DNA of 64,000 nt from Octopus vulgaris (taxonomy: Eukaryota). The notes below the pieces were generated by a model, which worked only from the letters and a program-made list of their open reading frames with translations, did no database searches and was not told where the DNA came from. The stretch spans positions 77,872,001 to 77,936,000 of the forward strand of contig OX597818.1 of NCBI GenBank assembly GCA_951406725.2, in the 5' to 3' direction. Both the position numbers and the translations under genes were made by a program. This document shows, piece after piece, positions 1 to 13,316 of this stretch. How positions within the stretch are numbered: position 1 is the stretch's first letter; each line of letters starts with the position of its first letter.

Positions 1-199
1 TCATGTAAATTTAAACGCTGTTTAAATTTAGTATCAGTTATGTTCTGCTGAATCGATCATATATAAGCGATCATATATAAAGCAGGAGCCACCAACACCA
101 AACTGATCCTTAATATAGTGCATAAGCACTTTATAGTAGGAAGTAAAGTAAATTTAAACAAAAGAAAAACCTCAGTTTTTATCAACATGAAAACTTAAT

Positions 200-1036
200 T
201 AATGCAGGACCGGTTTCTAACTCTTCAAATACGTTTGACAACGTAAGTTTGATTAGTCTTCATCAGCTGCATTTACCTAGACAAAATTTCAAATGTTGCC
301 ACATCAATGCCAGTACACTCGTCTGAACGCCAAAACATTAACAGAACAAGAACAGTGAAGAAGTTTCAATGAAAATAATAATGCAATACAAATGTATTAC
401 TTTCCAGTAAATGATAGCCCCATAAGGGTAAAATTATACATATAAAAGTAGATAAATGGTACAATAAGGCACCAATATTTACTGGAAAATAGCAATCGAT
501 ATAAATACGACGCTATTGTATAGCTTCACTACGTATATACAAGCAAAAACGTGTGTGCAACAAACATGAAAAGAATTTGTCTTAGCTCTAGGAAGAACAT
601 TCGATAAATGGATATCTTTGCTTGTATATACGTAGTGAAGCTATACAATAGCGTCGTATTTATATCGATTGCTATTTTCCAGTAAATATTGGTGCCTTGT
701 TGTACCATTTATCTACTTTTATATGTATAATTTTACCCTTATGGGGCTATCCTTTACTAGAAAGTAATACATTTGTATTGCATTATTATTTTCATTGAAA
801 CTTCTTCACTGTTCTTGTTCTGTTAATGTTTTGACGTTCAGACGAGTGTACTGGCATTGATGTGGCAACATTTGAAATTTTGTCTAGGTAAATGCAGCTG
901 ATGAAGACTAATCAAATTTACGTTGTCAAACGTATTTGAAGAATTAGAAACCGGTCCTGCATTATCCGATTCTAGGTTGTCCATTTATCGAATGTTCTTC
1001 CTAGAGGTAAAACAAATTTTTTTCATGTTTGTTGCA
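200..1036. repeat. Long inverted repeat (arms 200-547 / 617-964, plus 556-612 / 980-1036), probably a Penelope pLTR-type relic
   Basis: The 348-bp arms are reverse complements with about six mismatches by eye. The spacer is also inverted at 980-1036. A degenerate hammerhead core CTGATGA-a-GAC...GTC-AAAC lies at 898-931. Confidence 0.85.
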
Positions 1037-1102
1037 TGACTGTAGCAAAATGACTAAAACAAGTGAAAGATAAAAGGTGTTATTTATAAAATCAAATTAG
1101 TT

Positions 1103-1316
1103 TGGCGAGCTGGCAGAATCATTAGCATACGGGGTAAAATGCTTAGCGGTATTTCGTCCGTCTTAACGTTCTGAATTCAAATGTCACTGAGGTCGACTTT
1201 GCCTTTCATCCTTTCGGGATCGATAAAATAAATACCAGTTGAGCACTGATGGATCGATTTTATCGACTTAATCTCGGCTCCGATCTTGCTGGCCTTGTGC
1301 CAAAAATTGAAACCAA
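1103..1316 (+). mobile_element. tRNA-derived SINE, family A (most abundant family in the window)
   Basis: Motif ggcgagctggcagaatc...ttcaaat...gtcgactttgcctttcatcctttcgggatcgataaa..taccag. It recurs at about 2578, 2756, 7836, 9349, 12878-13103(-), 15147, 16731, 20862-21460(-), 25885-26097(-), 28323, 38455, 59765(-), 62290, 62742 and 63905. Confidence 0.85.
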
Positions 1317-2138
1317 TATTTATAAAATCAAACACGACAAAGGAAAGCAACAATAATAAACTGCAATTAGTTTGTTTTCTGTTATTCTTACTCATTTTTC
1401 ACGACTTCCACCTAGTATAGGGTTTGGCCATGTTGGAGCATAGCTACCGAAAGAATAAAAATAAGAAAAAGGATAAGAATAAGAACAAATCTCACTACAG
1501 TCAATATCTTCAAAACATTTAATGACATTTAAATCCATCGTTATCTTGAGAATAACAACAACAGTAAATACTTCGACATCAACTACAGTAATAATGACAT
1601 CATCAACATCATCATCATCATCATCATCATCGTCATCATCATCATCTGAATAAAATGTCTTTCATAAAATTCGTAAACGTTGAAATTATTTTTTCAATGG
1701 TATTTAGAAACGATTGCAAAATGCGTGTACATCCGTGGTAATGTGTCTGTTTATAGTGTTTTATAAAAACTGGGCACATTCTGTAATTAATTTAGTTATA
1801 TTTCGTTCTGTTGTGCTTTCCTTTCCAAAATGTATGTTTGGTTTTCATTTTCCGCGTTTTTCATAAAATAATTACCAGGTGAATAACATTTGGGTTGATC
1901 TAATCAGTCACACATATCAGCAACTTCTGAAGCATTCTACCTCCGTTTGAAATCAACAGTTTTTAAAACTTTTATTTTATCTTTTGGTTCACGATATGCT
2001 TATACAAGATTTCATTCACACACACGCGCGCGCGTCATATATTCATTATTCTCGAAAGCTAAAGTTATTCACCATTTCTACAATTTGTCCTCTATTCGCC
2101 ACCACCACTTCACCAATCGTTTACGACATCACGCTAAA

Positions 2139-2477
2139 TTAAAGGTCGCAACATACTTTGCTCGCAAACGTTTCCGGTTTTTCTCCTTGATAAATCACAA
2201 CCGTTGTAATATATTGCTTTGGGTTGATACCAACCGAGTAAAACAGTGTCGTCTTGTGCCATAACAAGGGCTCGAATTCAGGACAGTCATCATAGTTTCT
2301 GTAAACAACGACACTGGACTGAGCACGCGATTTCGTGATAGTGAATGTAAAATTCACCTGTTCTCGACTCCGTTCAACTGAGCTGTAGTTGTATGAAACC
2401 ACCTTGTGTTTCGGTTTTGATTCAGCATCAGTCTTTGGTTGGCCTCCCACAGTCAGCGTCAGTGATGCACGTTCCAT
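2139..2477 (-). CDS. Terminal coding exon of a putative host gene, unknown protein (MERASLTLTV...ASKVCCDL*)
   Basis: 112-codon ORF in non-repetitive sequence, directly after a polypyrimidine acceptor ttgttttattttctcaacAG (2479-2478). AATAAA on the minus strand at 1976-1971. Confidence 0.6.
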   Translation of the reverse strand: MERASLTLTVGGQPKTDAESKPKHKVVSYNYSSVERSREQVNFTFTITKSRAQSSVVVYRNYDDCPEFEPLLWHKTTLFYSVGINPKQYITTVVIYQGEKPETFASKVCCDL

Positions 2478-3032
2478 CTGTTGAGAAAATAAAACAAGGT
2501 TTTTGATTAAAGTTTAAACAGAAAACTATACCAAACAATAACGTATCTATTCTTTTTTAATATTCTGTAGCAGATTTAAGGCGGCGAGCTGGCAGAATTG
2601 TTAGCACACGCTGGACAAAATACTTCGCGGCATTTTGTCTGTCTTTACGGTCTAACTTTCAACTTTTCGGGATAAAAAGAGTACGGGTTGAATACCAGGG
2701 GTCAATGTAATTGATTTAAACCTACTCCCGAACCAAAATTTGAAATCAGTAATTTGAGGCAGCGTACTGGCACAATCGTTAGCACGCCGGACAAAATGCT
2801 TACTGATATTTAGTGTCTTTACATTCAGAGTTCAAACTCCACCGGGGTCGACTTTGCCTTTCATCCTTTCGGGATCGATAAAATAAGTATCAGTAGAGTA
2901 CTGGGGTCGATGTAATCGACTTAGCCCCTTCTCGAAATTGCTGGCCTTGTGCCTATATTTGAAACCAAAATTTTGTGGAAGATTCGATGTTATTTTTCGT
3001 TATCGAAGAACATCTAATCCCTTTATATGATG

Positions 3033-3390
3033 TTCGAACTTGCCAGAACGTATTAAGAATGAATAGATCCATTATTGTTTGGTTTCTAGCTGTTTGGCGT
3101 GTTCCCCATGAATTGTTACCTGCTTGGCAGACATCAGAATACATCAGCAAACAATTCGTTTGCTGATTCCTGTAGCTTTAACTGAGGAGACACACAGCTG
3201 AGTCGAAACACCGCAGTATCTAAAAGTTCTTTTACACAGGTGAATCAGTGAATTGTGTGTGTTATGAACACATATAGTCTAAAGAAAGAAGGTGTTCTCA
3301 GATGACGAAAAGCAACAGCAATCAGATTATCATGTTCGAATCAACCAGAATTCATTAACAATGAATAGATAAGCTATTGTTTGGATTCTC
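3033..3390 (+). mobile_element. Degenerate hammerhead-containing short element with ~55-nt terminal direct repeat (~302-nt period)
   Basis: ttcgaa..ccagaa..attaa.aatgaatagat...tattgtttgg.ttct occurs at 3033 and 3335. It brackets CTGAGGA-GAC-loop-GTC-GAAAC at 3182-3209. Confidence 0.55.
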
Positions 3391-3710
3391 CCCATAAAAA
3401 CAAACGAACAAATCAAAATAAACAAGAAAGCCCAAAATTCCTGAAAGGGTTTCTGTTGTTATTTAGCTTCGGTCGATATTCATTAAACATCTTTAATCAA
3501 TAATTATTCCAGCTACGACTGTCTCGGTTTCTTTTCTTCAGACAAAGAGAATCTATAACTAAATTTAACTAACCGATTCTTCATTTTTTTGCGAACGGTC
3601 TTAGCGGGCAGTTTAAAGACTTGTACCTGTTTTAACACTACAAACTTTACACACACACACATTGTACACACATAGTGGATTTGTTAGACGGAAACTGAAA
3701 GAAGCCTGTC

Positions 3711-3750
<40 letters not shown>

Positions 3751-3839
3751 TGTGAAAGTAATAAGGGTAGAAAATTTAGAAACAATTTCATACCGGTGGC
3801 TAGCATGCGTAATAAAGTCAATAGATAATATATTTTCAT

Positions 3840-4218
3840 ATATAGTAGTGTATAAACAATTTAAGTATTTATATACGGAAAAGGTCTTTGACAGGACAGC
3901 TAGAAAGGGCAGTCAAACCCCAAACCACGAATGAAAGCAATTTCAAAGGGAATGAAAAAAAAAATTTGTAGTTACCCTCATACTCGAGTTTCTGTATCAA
4001 CGTGAAATTAAATAAATGACCAAGTACAGATGACAAATGATTTTATTTGTACATTGATACAGAAACTCGAGTCTGTGGGTAACTACAAAAATTTTTTTTA
4101 TTTTCATTCCCTTTCAAATCGCTTTTATTCGTGGTTTGGGCTTTGACTGCCCTTTCCAGCATGTCAAAGGTAACCTCTTTCGTGTATAAATACTTAAATT
4201 GTTTATCTACTACTATAT
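3840..4218. repeat. Inverted repeat (~165-bp arms) with degenerate hammerhead remnant, PLE-like
   Basis: 3840-4003 is the reverse complement of 4051-4218. cagatga...GAAAC-TCGA-GTC lies at about 4027-4074. (TA)n/(TG)n tracts are nearby. Confidence 0.7.
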
Positions 4219-4237
4219 ATGAATGTATATATTTATA

Positions 4238-4295
<58 letters not shown>

Positions 4296-4473
4296 CGCGC
4301 GTGTCTTTGTGTTTGTCCTCCAATGATGTTGGTGTATTTATGTCCCTACAACTTAGCGGTTTGGCAAAATGGACCGATAGAATAAGTACCAGGATTAAAA
4401 AATTCAGTACTGGGGTCGATTCATTCAACCAAAATTCTTCAAGGCGGTGTTCCGGCATGACTGTATTTTAATG

Positions 4474-5564
4474 CAGGGTTTAGCGAACAAGGGTAAATTA
4501 CCCCGAGTGGGGTAAAAATGAAATTCCTGGAGTAATGAGGACTCAATAGACATAAGTAAAATTATATAAAAAAACGTGTTCTTTGTTACAACAGAAATTT
4601 TTCTTCTGGCATGAGGAGGTAGTCAAAATTTGCTACCTTTTGCTACAACCTACCTTTGCAAACAAGGGTTTTTCTACTCTAATGAACCTAAAAACAAAGG
4701 TGAGTGAGTAATCGATTGGATTCCGAAAACGCTATCTAAATTGTTCTGGCATCAAAACCTAAAGTGAAAAAGTTTCTAGAAAAATCCCTTTGTTTCATAA
4801 TGAGGATACTAATTTATTTTATCGCATTTGTTTTATACTTTTAATATTCATAATTGTATTCTATTGGGTTGTACGGAAAGTTCGTGCCGATTTATAGTAG
4901 CTTACCTTTCGACTTATTTTAGAACATGGTTGAGTCCATAAAATATGATTTGACTACACCTCCATTTAGAACACAGTTTAAGCTATCTTTCTCGTGGAAG
5001 AAAGTTTATGTTCCTATAACCTGTGTTAATTCTGTAACCCTTTAAAATGGAAGATAAGAAAGTTTATTTTCAGCACTTGATGCTTTGGGAACCAGACAAA
5101 AATTGCTGCAGCTCGGTTGGGTATGTTACCCCACCTTCCATATTCACCAGATGTTTCTCCTTCGGATTTCCACTTATTCAGGTCTCTGCAGAATAGTCTT
5201 AATGGTAAAAATTTCAATTCATTGGATGACGTAAACAGATACCTTGATGAATTCTTTGCCATGAAACCACCTCAATTCTGGGAAGAGGGTATTTTCAAGT
5301 TAATGGAAAGATGGAGACGCATGGTGCAACAAAATAGTTCATATTTGGTTGATTAAAAATGTAATGGTAAGTATTTATTGACCTTTTTCTTTCCTTTAAA
5401 AATCGGCACGAACTTTCCGGACAACCCAATACATATAAATAGATTATTTAAACCCTTTGAATTCAAAGAATCTATGATTTTCTTCCCTTCAAATCACGGG
5501 GGTAACGTCGGCGTAAATATATATATTTTGGGGTAATTGGTTAGAAAAGTTTACCCGCCTCCTG
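4474..5564 (+). mobile_element. Non-autonomous hAT (Charlie-like) element inserted in the tail of a family-B SINE
   Basis: CAGG...CCTG ends; imperfect 8-bp TSD ttttaatg/gtctaatg; LLPFATTYLCKQGFSTLMNLKTK (hAT C-terminal dimerisation motif) at about 4630-4700. Confidence 0.7.
4864..5429 (+). mobile_element. Internally deleted mariner element nested in the hAT
   Basis: TIRs ttgggttgtacggaaagttcgtgccgattt / aaatcggcacgaactttccggacaacccaa; TA TSD; ORF 5117-5356 contains PHLPYSPDVSPSDFHLFRSLQN. Confidence 0.92.
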
Positions 5565-6329
5565 GTCTAATGGCTGAAACAATTAAAAGATAAACGATAA
5601 AAGACACACATTACATACACGACGAGCTACATCACAGTTTCCGTCCCCCACATTCACTCCTAAGTCATAAATCGACCCGGGATTATAATAAAAGCTACTT
5701 GACTAGCTGCCGCACATGGGACTGGACCTGAAACCATGAGGTTACCGAAGTAAACTTCATAACCACAGAGCCGTACCTGCGCCAGAAGGGAAGTTTTCTA
5801 GTCTTCCGACTATTAAAGACATCAATTGCGGAGTCATAAAGTTCACTTGCATCGGGTGATTCCACCTCTAATATCTCGAGATTAGCTAACCTATCTTTGA
5901 CGCATCTTTGATCTCATAACATTCTTTATAGAAACCAAAACACTGAATGCTGTTCAGTGTGTGAAACTGGAAGCGTTATAATTATATTTGGGAATAGAAC
6001 TTCAAGATGCTGTTGAGTGAGTTTAATAATTCAATTTATGGAATCAGGGTTTGAGAAATATTTGATCCATATATTGATTTTAAATGGAATATTTCACCTT
6101 TTATATCAATTGATATTGTATCGATGTTGCATATTTCACACAATTGATTAACATTGAACTCAATCTGATCATTTTCCTTTTCGAGATATTTCCAAATGAA
6201 TCCAAATGATTTATTGAAATGAGATGTATATTGAGTTGTCATGAAATATTGGATATGATTGGAGCAAATATGGCATAAATGATTTTCTACCTTAAACCTA
6301 ACCACGGTTATAGAATAAATATGCATTAC

Positions 6330-7278
6330 TCTTATCTTCGCTAAATAACTTCTTTTTCATCTATCTCTTGTAAAATTAATTTCAGTTTTCAATATTTCCT
6401 GCAATTACTAAGAAACTGTCCCATATTTGGCATAAGGAATCGAGCTCACCTTTTAAAGAATTCAAATTATTCTCTTCTATTAACTGTAATGTAACGAGAA
6501 CCCGGCTGAGATTCAAATCATAGTTCTCAGACTTTTCTCAGTCTAGAATCACGAGCTAATATATTTCCATAAAAGGTATTAATGCCTATGCGAATATAAT
6601 CTGGCCGACTTGTTTATGGCCGAGGCAATAACTACAGTGCAAGTGTGTAAATTTTTCTGCCAAAAATATTCTAGAACCTTTTTGGCGAACTAATTCAACT
6701 TAGTGAAAGTTATTTCAAGATTTGTACAGGTCGGTCGTTTTCCCTTCCCATGATAGCGTCTCATCTTTCTGCTTCTTTCCAATTCAAAGGCCTTAAGTAA
6801 TAGAGTCAGTCAACGGATATTCATACTATGTAATGAATAAGAGTGCTCTAGTACCACTTTCACATTATTAATTTATCGGATATGCATCTATAAATTCAGC
6901 GAGGTAGTTAAATAAAATATTTGTAAACTCTGATAAACTTAGTGTGGTTATTTCTAAAAAAACACGCAGCCTACTGGATATTGAGAATTGTTAAAGAAGA
7001 TATGACAACAGACCAATTCAAAAAAAGTAGCCTTGGGTTGATAAACGATATAATGAAAGTCAACTGCTGTTAAAATTTAGGTTCTCGTTGATGCTATAAT
7101 AATACACTGAAAGGATTTGAAATAACTTTGGACATATTTTAAGCTTGAAATCGTTTCTAGAGTGAGATTTAGAATCAGGGAAGCCATAATTACTTTTAGT
7201 AGGTTGCAAGTGGTTGAGAAGTATCATGCAATGAAGCTGTTATCCAGTGTTTTGGTATTTGTTACCATTGAAGATAAA

Positions 7279-7352
<74 letters not shown>

Positions 7353-8460
7353 AATATATTGCAGAGATACTGAAAGGAACCAAAGGAAACAGTTTACTTT
7401 ACTACAACATTCAGTGGTTTTAACTCCACCTAAGTTTACTTTAATACCACATTCAGTGGTTTTAACTCCTACACTATAGCATGTACAAAGAGAAAAAATA
7501 CACCCAATTGACTGGAAGGACTTAAATTGCTTGACAACTTTTATAACAACCAGATAAACATATTACTTCCGTTGCTATATATTCCACAACGACAGGTAGA
7601 GGCTAGAATATCATATTTTTTTAGAATATCAAGCATTAACTTCGTTACATCATCGCCGCAGTTTTATTATTGTCAACAAAATTAAAAAGTTTTTCACTTC
7701 GTATTGTCTAGTAACATTCTTAAGATAAGCATACACCAACGCAGTTTGTTCTATGTGGGACGAATTAGAAGTTGTATCCACAATTATACAGTAATAGTTT
7801 GCATGCTCACGTTCCGTTAAAATAGTCTGCCCAACCACGCCGGGCGAAATGCTTTGCGGTATTTCGTCTGCCGCTACGTTCTGAGTTCAAATTCCGCCGA
7901 GGTCGACTTTGCCTTTCATCCTTTCGGGGTCGATTAAATAAGTACCAGTTACGCACTGGGGTCGATATAATCGACTTAATCCGTTTGTCTGTCCTTGTTT
8001 GTGCCCTCTGTGTGTAACCCCTTGTGGGTGGTAAAGAAATAGGCATTTCATCTGTCATTATATTCTGAGTTCAAATTCCGCTGAGGTCAACTTTACTTTT
8101 CATCCTTTCTGGTTCGATAAATTAAGTACCAGTTGCGTACTGGGGCAGATCTAATCGACTGGTCCCCTCCCCCAAAATTTCTGGCCTTATGCCTAGAGTA
8201 GAAAATAAAATAAAATAGTCTGTCCAAACAACAATCAATGAACTTATTTTAACTACCAAGAGATAAAAATGAGCTTGCTTGCATCCTTTTTCTATTTTGA
8301 GAAGCTTTAAGTCTTATGACTGACTAACTTTAAAATATAAATGTCGTAATAATCAATCTGTTCCAATACTCGCTAGAAATTCCATTTCTTCCGTAAACAA
8401 TGTGACTTCTCACCTCTAAAGCCAACTCCTCGCTTTCTAAGAAAGAATGTACATGTTATA
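6330..8460 (-). pseudogene. Highly degraded hAT (ZMYM1/Tip100-like) transposase remnant
   Basis: YYCIIVDTTSNSSHIEQT (7650-7838) resembles the hAT DxTxDxSHxEQ motif. Interrupted by a SINE and (TAC)n; boundaries approximate. Confidence 0.5.
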
Positions 8461-9537
8461 AATGTAAACTTTTTTCTATATATATATATATATCTGGTTT
8501 TTGAATTAAAAGACTTTTAATTTGAATTAAAAGACTATCAACAAACAATTTATGCGATAATTGCAATCCAAGCTTCACCAGTTGACACGTTAGAAACACT
8601 ACCCCCACTACACCCGTTTCTCTAATAACGGGTATCCTCCAGTTAATATTTACTCCTGAAATAGTGGAAAAGGGAAGAACATAACATATTGGTATGGAAC
8701 GACATAAGAAACAGAAAAAAATTCTTCTTTTACACTTACTCCAAACTTTTCCGTTACGTAAATGTTCTTCGCTATTTTAAAGTTTATCTTTCATTAAAAC
8801 ATCAACAGGAATTGATGGCCCAAATCATCCTCTGGAAGCCTTTTGAGAATGATTGTGTCCCCCATTTTACAGCATCGTTAACTTCAGTTATGGTAGGTAC
8901 CTCCTTTCTCATATTTCACTATCATAGTCAAATAATTGCTTTAAATTTTGGCACAAGGCCAGCAAATTTAAGGAGAGGGGGCATGTCAATTACTTTGACC
9001 TCAATGCCCAACTGGTTCTTATTTTATCGACCTCGAATGGATGAAAGGCAAAGTTGACTTCGACAACATTTGAACTCACAACGTAAAGCCGGAAGAAATG
9101 CCGCTAGGCATTTTGTCCGGCGCGGTAACGATCTTTTCTACTATAGGCACAAAGCCTGATATTTTTGGGGAAGTGATTAGTCGGTTACATCGACCCCACT
9201 GTTCACCCGAGAGGATGAAAAGGCAAAGTTGACCTAGGCAGCATTAATGATACTAATAATAATATCAAATTTTGGTACAAGGCTAGCAAGTTCAGGAGAG
9301 AGTTTAAGTCGGTTATATCGATCCCAGTGCTCAACTGGTACTTATCTTAAGGCGGCGAGCTGGCAGAAACGTTAGCGGTATTTCGTCTGTCGTTACGTTC
9401 TGAGTTCAAATTTCGCCGTGGTCGACTTTGCCTTTCATCCTTTCGGGGTCGATTAATTTAGTACCAGTTACGCACTGAGGTCGATGTAATCGACTTAATC
9501 CGTTTGTCTGTCCATGTTTGTCCCATCTAGCCCAGTG

Positions 9538-9571
<34 letters not shown>

Positions 9572-9595
9572 GCATCGTCGTCGCCGTCGTCATCA

Positions 9596-9652
<57 letters not shown>

Positions 9653-10480
9653 GGTACTGTTGCTGATGTTAGTATAACGCCTGTTGCATCAATGCAAAGG
9701 TGCCTGGTGGTGTTTAAAAACTGAAACAGTCTATGAAAGAAGAGACAAGGAACTTAACATTACAGCGCCGGGTGTTATTGTCAGTCTGACCCTCTGTCAA
9801 GAAAATAGCAAGAGCAGTATTTAAATGGAGAGAAATATAAAATACTGCCGCATGTCATTTGGGGCGTCTGCAAGTTGCAGATTGTTGGAATAAGTTTAGA
9901 TATGACGACGGGAAATAACATCTTAATTTACATAAATACACAAAAGGTCGCCGGTTATCAGCGACAAAACAACTTTGGTGAAATATCAGGTGGTACTGAT
10001 ATTGCTTTAAAATAATATGGTCTATACTGGAATTGTTCTTGGAAATAGGCAATTGAGAGACGCCATAAGCTATTTACAAGATTGTGAGTGATGGATTATC
10101 AGTCACCTACATAGGCATTCATTAAAGTATTGGTCGCTTTTATCATAGTAATATAGTAATATCATGACATCTAAGGTGTTTCTCTTCAATTTTACATTGA
10201 ATCTGTTGATGGAAGTATCTAACAGTTGATTTTTCAAGAAGATGAGGACGTGAGGGTGGCCAGGGACTTTTAAGCATTTTGTTGTTTACAAATTCCTATA
10301 TTTGAATTTTAGAGAACTTTAGCATTCTGTTCCTTTGAGTAACAACAAAACCCTTGAGTAACAGCAAACCCTTATCAAGTAGCCCCATGACACACAGTTG
10401 TTAGGCCGAAAGACTACGCGAAACCCACAGATTCGGTTTTGCAGTTATAACACATTTCCTCCTAGCTAACGATCATACTG

Positions 10481-10653
10481 TGGAGGCGCAATGGCCCAGT
10501 GGTTAGGGCAGCGGACTCGCGGTCGGAGGATCGCAGTTTCGATTCCCAGACCGGGCGTTGTGTGTGTTTATTGAGCGAAAACACCTAAAGCTCCACGAGG
10601 CTCCGGCAGGAGGTGGTGGCGACCCCTGTTGTACTCTTGCGAGAAAAAAAAAC
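10481..10653 (+). mobile_element. tRNA-derived SINE, family C (3'-truncated)
   Basis: ggaggcgcaatggcccagtggttaggg (A box) ... gtttcgattccc (B box). Flanking direct repeat acgatcatactg. Other copies at 29593, 41780-42009(-) and 48546. Confidence 0.8.
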
Positions 10654-10819
10654 ACGATCATACTGCATTTACTCGGTTATACTTTGAGAAGTACCTAACG
10701 CAGCGATTAGACAGACTTTTATTTCAACTTTCAGAGCAGTGGAATATTTATTTCGACTCTCTGCACTGTCCAGTCAACATTATCTTTCAACCAACCATCC
10801 AACCAAAAAAAAACCCCAC

Positions 10820-11165
10820 CCATTCATCCATCCATCCATCTTCTCTGCCCACTACTCCTGGAAAGTTAGTGGGGGAAGAGGCCTCTGGTACCTTCTTCAT
10901 AGGGATCTATAAAAAGCAACCGTCCTTAGATTTTTCCGACTGGATTTCCATGAGCGACAAACTGAGATTATGGATAATACCCAATCATCTCGCTCTTGAT
11001 TTACCCCTAGGTTTCCAACCGGTTAGTTTGGCTTCAAGAATCGGTCTTGTGATTCTTTCTTGTGACATTGTAATCACATATCCATAGTTCCGGAGCTGTG
11101 GCTTCCTACAACACCGGGACTAAGGTAGCGTATGCAGAAAGTGTCTCACTAGTAACGGGAACATG
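10820..11165 (-). mobile_element. RTE-type LINE 3' fragment
   Basis: Minus strand reads LRNYGYVITMSQERITRPILEAKLTGWKPRGKSR and ends in a (GATG)n tail. Confidence 0.5.
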
Positions 11166-11977
11166 GTAAATGATTAAAACAAGTTAAAGCACAAGATTCC
11201 ATGATCTATTTATTTACACATTTATCAAGAAAATTGCTGACCTTGTGTCGAAATTAGAAAGCATTACTTAGTACAACTCACTCTTATGCCTGGTCTTCTC
11301 ACTCAACTAAATATACAAAATTTTCAATGAAATACATCAATAGAGACACATAAACGGAAATCTGGTTTTCAGGAAGAAAATGCACCGAGAACGGAAGGAA
11401 CAACGCATTTAGTTAGGCTTTTGTTTCACCAGTAAAGGACCTGAATCGGTATAATGGACTTAACTTATCCCCTTTTCATAAAATATTTAGCATTATACCA
11501 ATGCCAGAAAACATTTTAGAAGCAGCAACAACGATTCCTTGATTGAATGTCGAACTGTGCAGTATGATCGTTAATTTGGAGGAAATGTGTTATAACTGCA
11601 AAAACGAATCTGTTGGTTTCGTGTAGACTTTCGACCTAACAACTATGTGCTAATGGGGCTACTTGATAAGGGTTTGCCGGGGGTTATACAACAAAAACAA
11701 TTTTGTTGTTACTCAAAGGAACAGAATGCTAAAGTTCTCTAAAATTCAAATATAGGAATTTGTAAACAACAAAATACTTAAAAGTCCCTGGCCACCCTCA
11801 CGTCCTCATCTTCTTCAAAAATCAACTGTTAGATACTTCCATCAACAGATTCAATGTAAAATTGAAGAGAAACACCTTAGATGCCATGATATTACTGAGC
11901 ACTGGGATCGATGTAATCGACTTACTCGCTCCACCCCGAAACTGCTGGTCTTGAACCAAAATTATTTTTATTATTTT

Positions 11978-12031
<54 letters not shown>

Positions 12032-12623
12032 AGTTTAATATATACATCGAAGGACAGACAGTAATGTCAACATATTGTCTCATCTAAGTAAAAAAAAAAA
12101 ATAATGTTGCTTTAAGAAAGTTGTTCTGAGAGAAACTCACTTTTAATGTTTATGGGAAAATGAACAACTAAATAAATAAATAAATAAATAAATAATTTTG
12201 TATGATTCATTCTCTTTGTAAAAGTCACATCGATTATATTGTGCCGAAAGAGAATTTTAATATTTCAAAACAAAGATTTGATAGTTTGCACAGGTTGTTC
12301 AGTTCAAACCCTGTTTTACAAGTCAAACAGGCTATCAGTACGACTAAATGTACACACATAAATGTATTTGTCATGCAGGGCTAAAAAAAAGAAAACATGC
12401 CTAGTCTTTGTATCGGTTGTTTTCTTTCTTTTTTTCAAGACACATTGTAAAAAATATAATATAATTTACCAGTGTTACAGGTGTTAAAAAATGAACTTCC
12501 AGACTCTAGACTCCAGTCAATTCCTTTATTTATAAAGTGAACGACATTGAGAGTGAATACGTGAAAAGGTTTGTTTACAATCGAGTTTACCTCATGGAAA
12601 CCTGTATATCAAAACTGTCTACA

Positions 12624-12704
<81 letters not shown>

Positions 12705-13237
12705 CCCCCACACACGCGTGCACACACACTGTACATTACGCAGGTATTTTTAGAGTTGGTTTAGTTTATAAAGTAAACGGTGAGACGAGAACATTATGCA
12801 TGTATGCATGTGTATGTATGTATGTATGTATGTATGTATGTATGTATGTATGTATGTATGTATGTATATATATATTTGTTTACTACCCACAAGGGGCTAA
12901 ACATAGAGGGGACAAACAAGGACAGACAAAGGAATTAAGTCGATTACATCGACCCCAGTGCGAAACTGGTACTTAATTTATCGACCCCGAAAGGATGAAA
13001 GGCAAAGTCGACCTCGGCGGAATTTGAACTCAGAGCGTAACGGCAGACGAAATACGGCTACGCATTTCTCCCGGTGTGCTAACGTGTCTGCCAGCTCGCC
13101 GCCTATGTATGTATATATGTATGTATGTATTTATGTGTGTATGTATGTATGTATGTATATATGTATGTATGTATGTTTGCGTGTATATATATATATATAT
13201 ACATACATATATATGTATATATATATATATACATATA

Positions 13238-13316
<79 letters not shown>

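Larger units (their letters stand above)
9850..11896 (+). mobile_element. Degraded Penelope-like relic with inverted arms 10156-10480 / 11560-11896
   Basis: A GIY-YIG-like AIYKIVSDGLSVTYIG (about 10069-10116) precedes the left arm. The ~330-bp arms are near-perfect reverse complements. Confidence 0.6.

Noticed and set aside
10481-10560. tRNA gene
   Set aside because: The A/B boxes continue into a SINE body repeated elsewhere; no clean cloverleaf.
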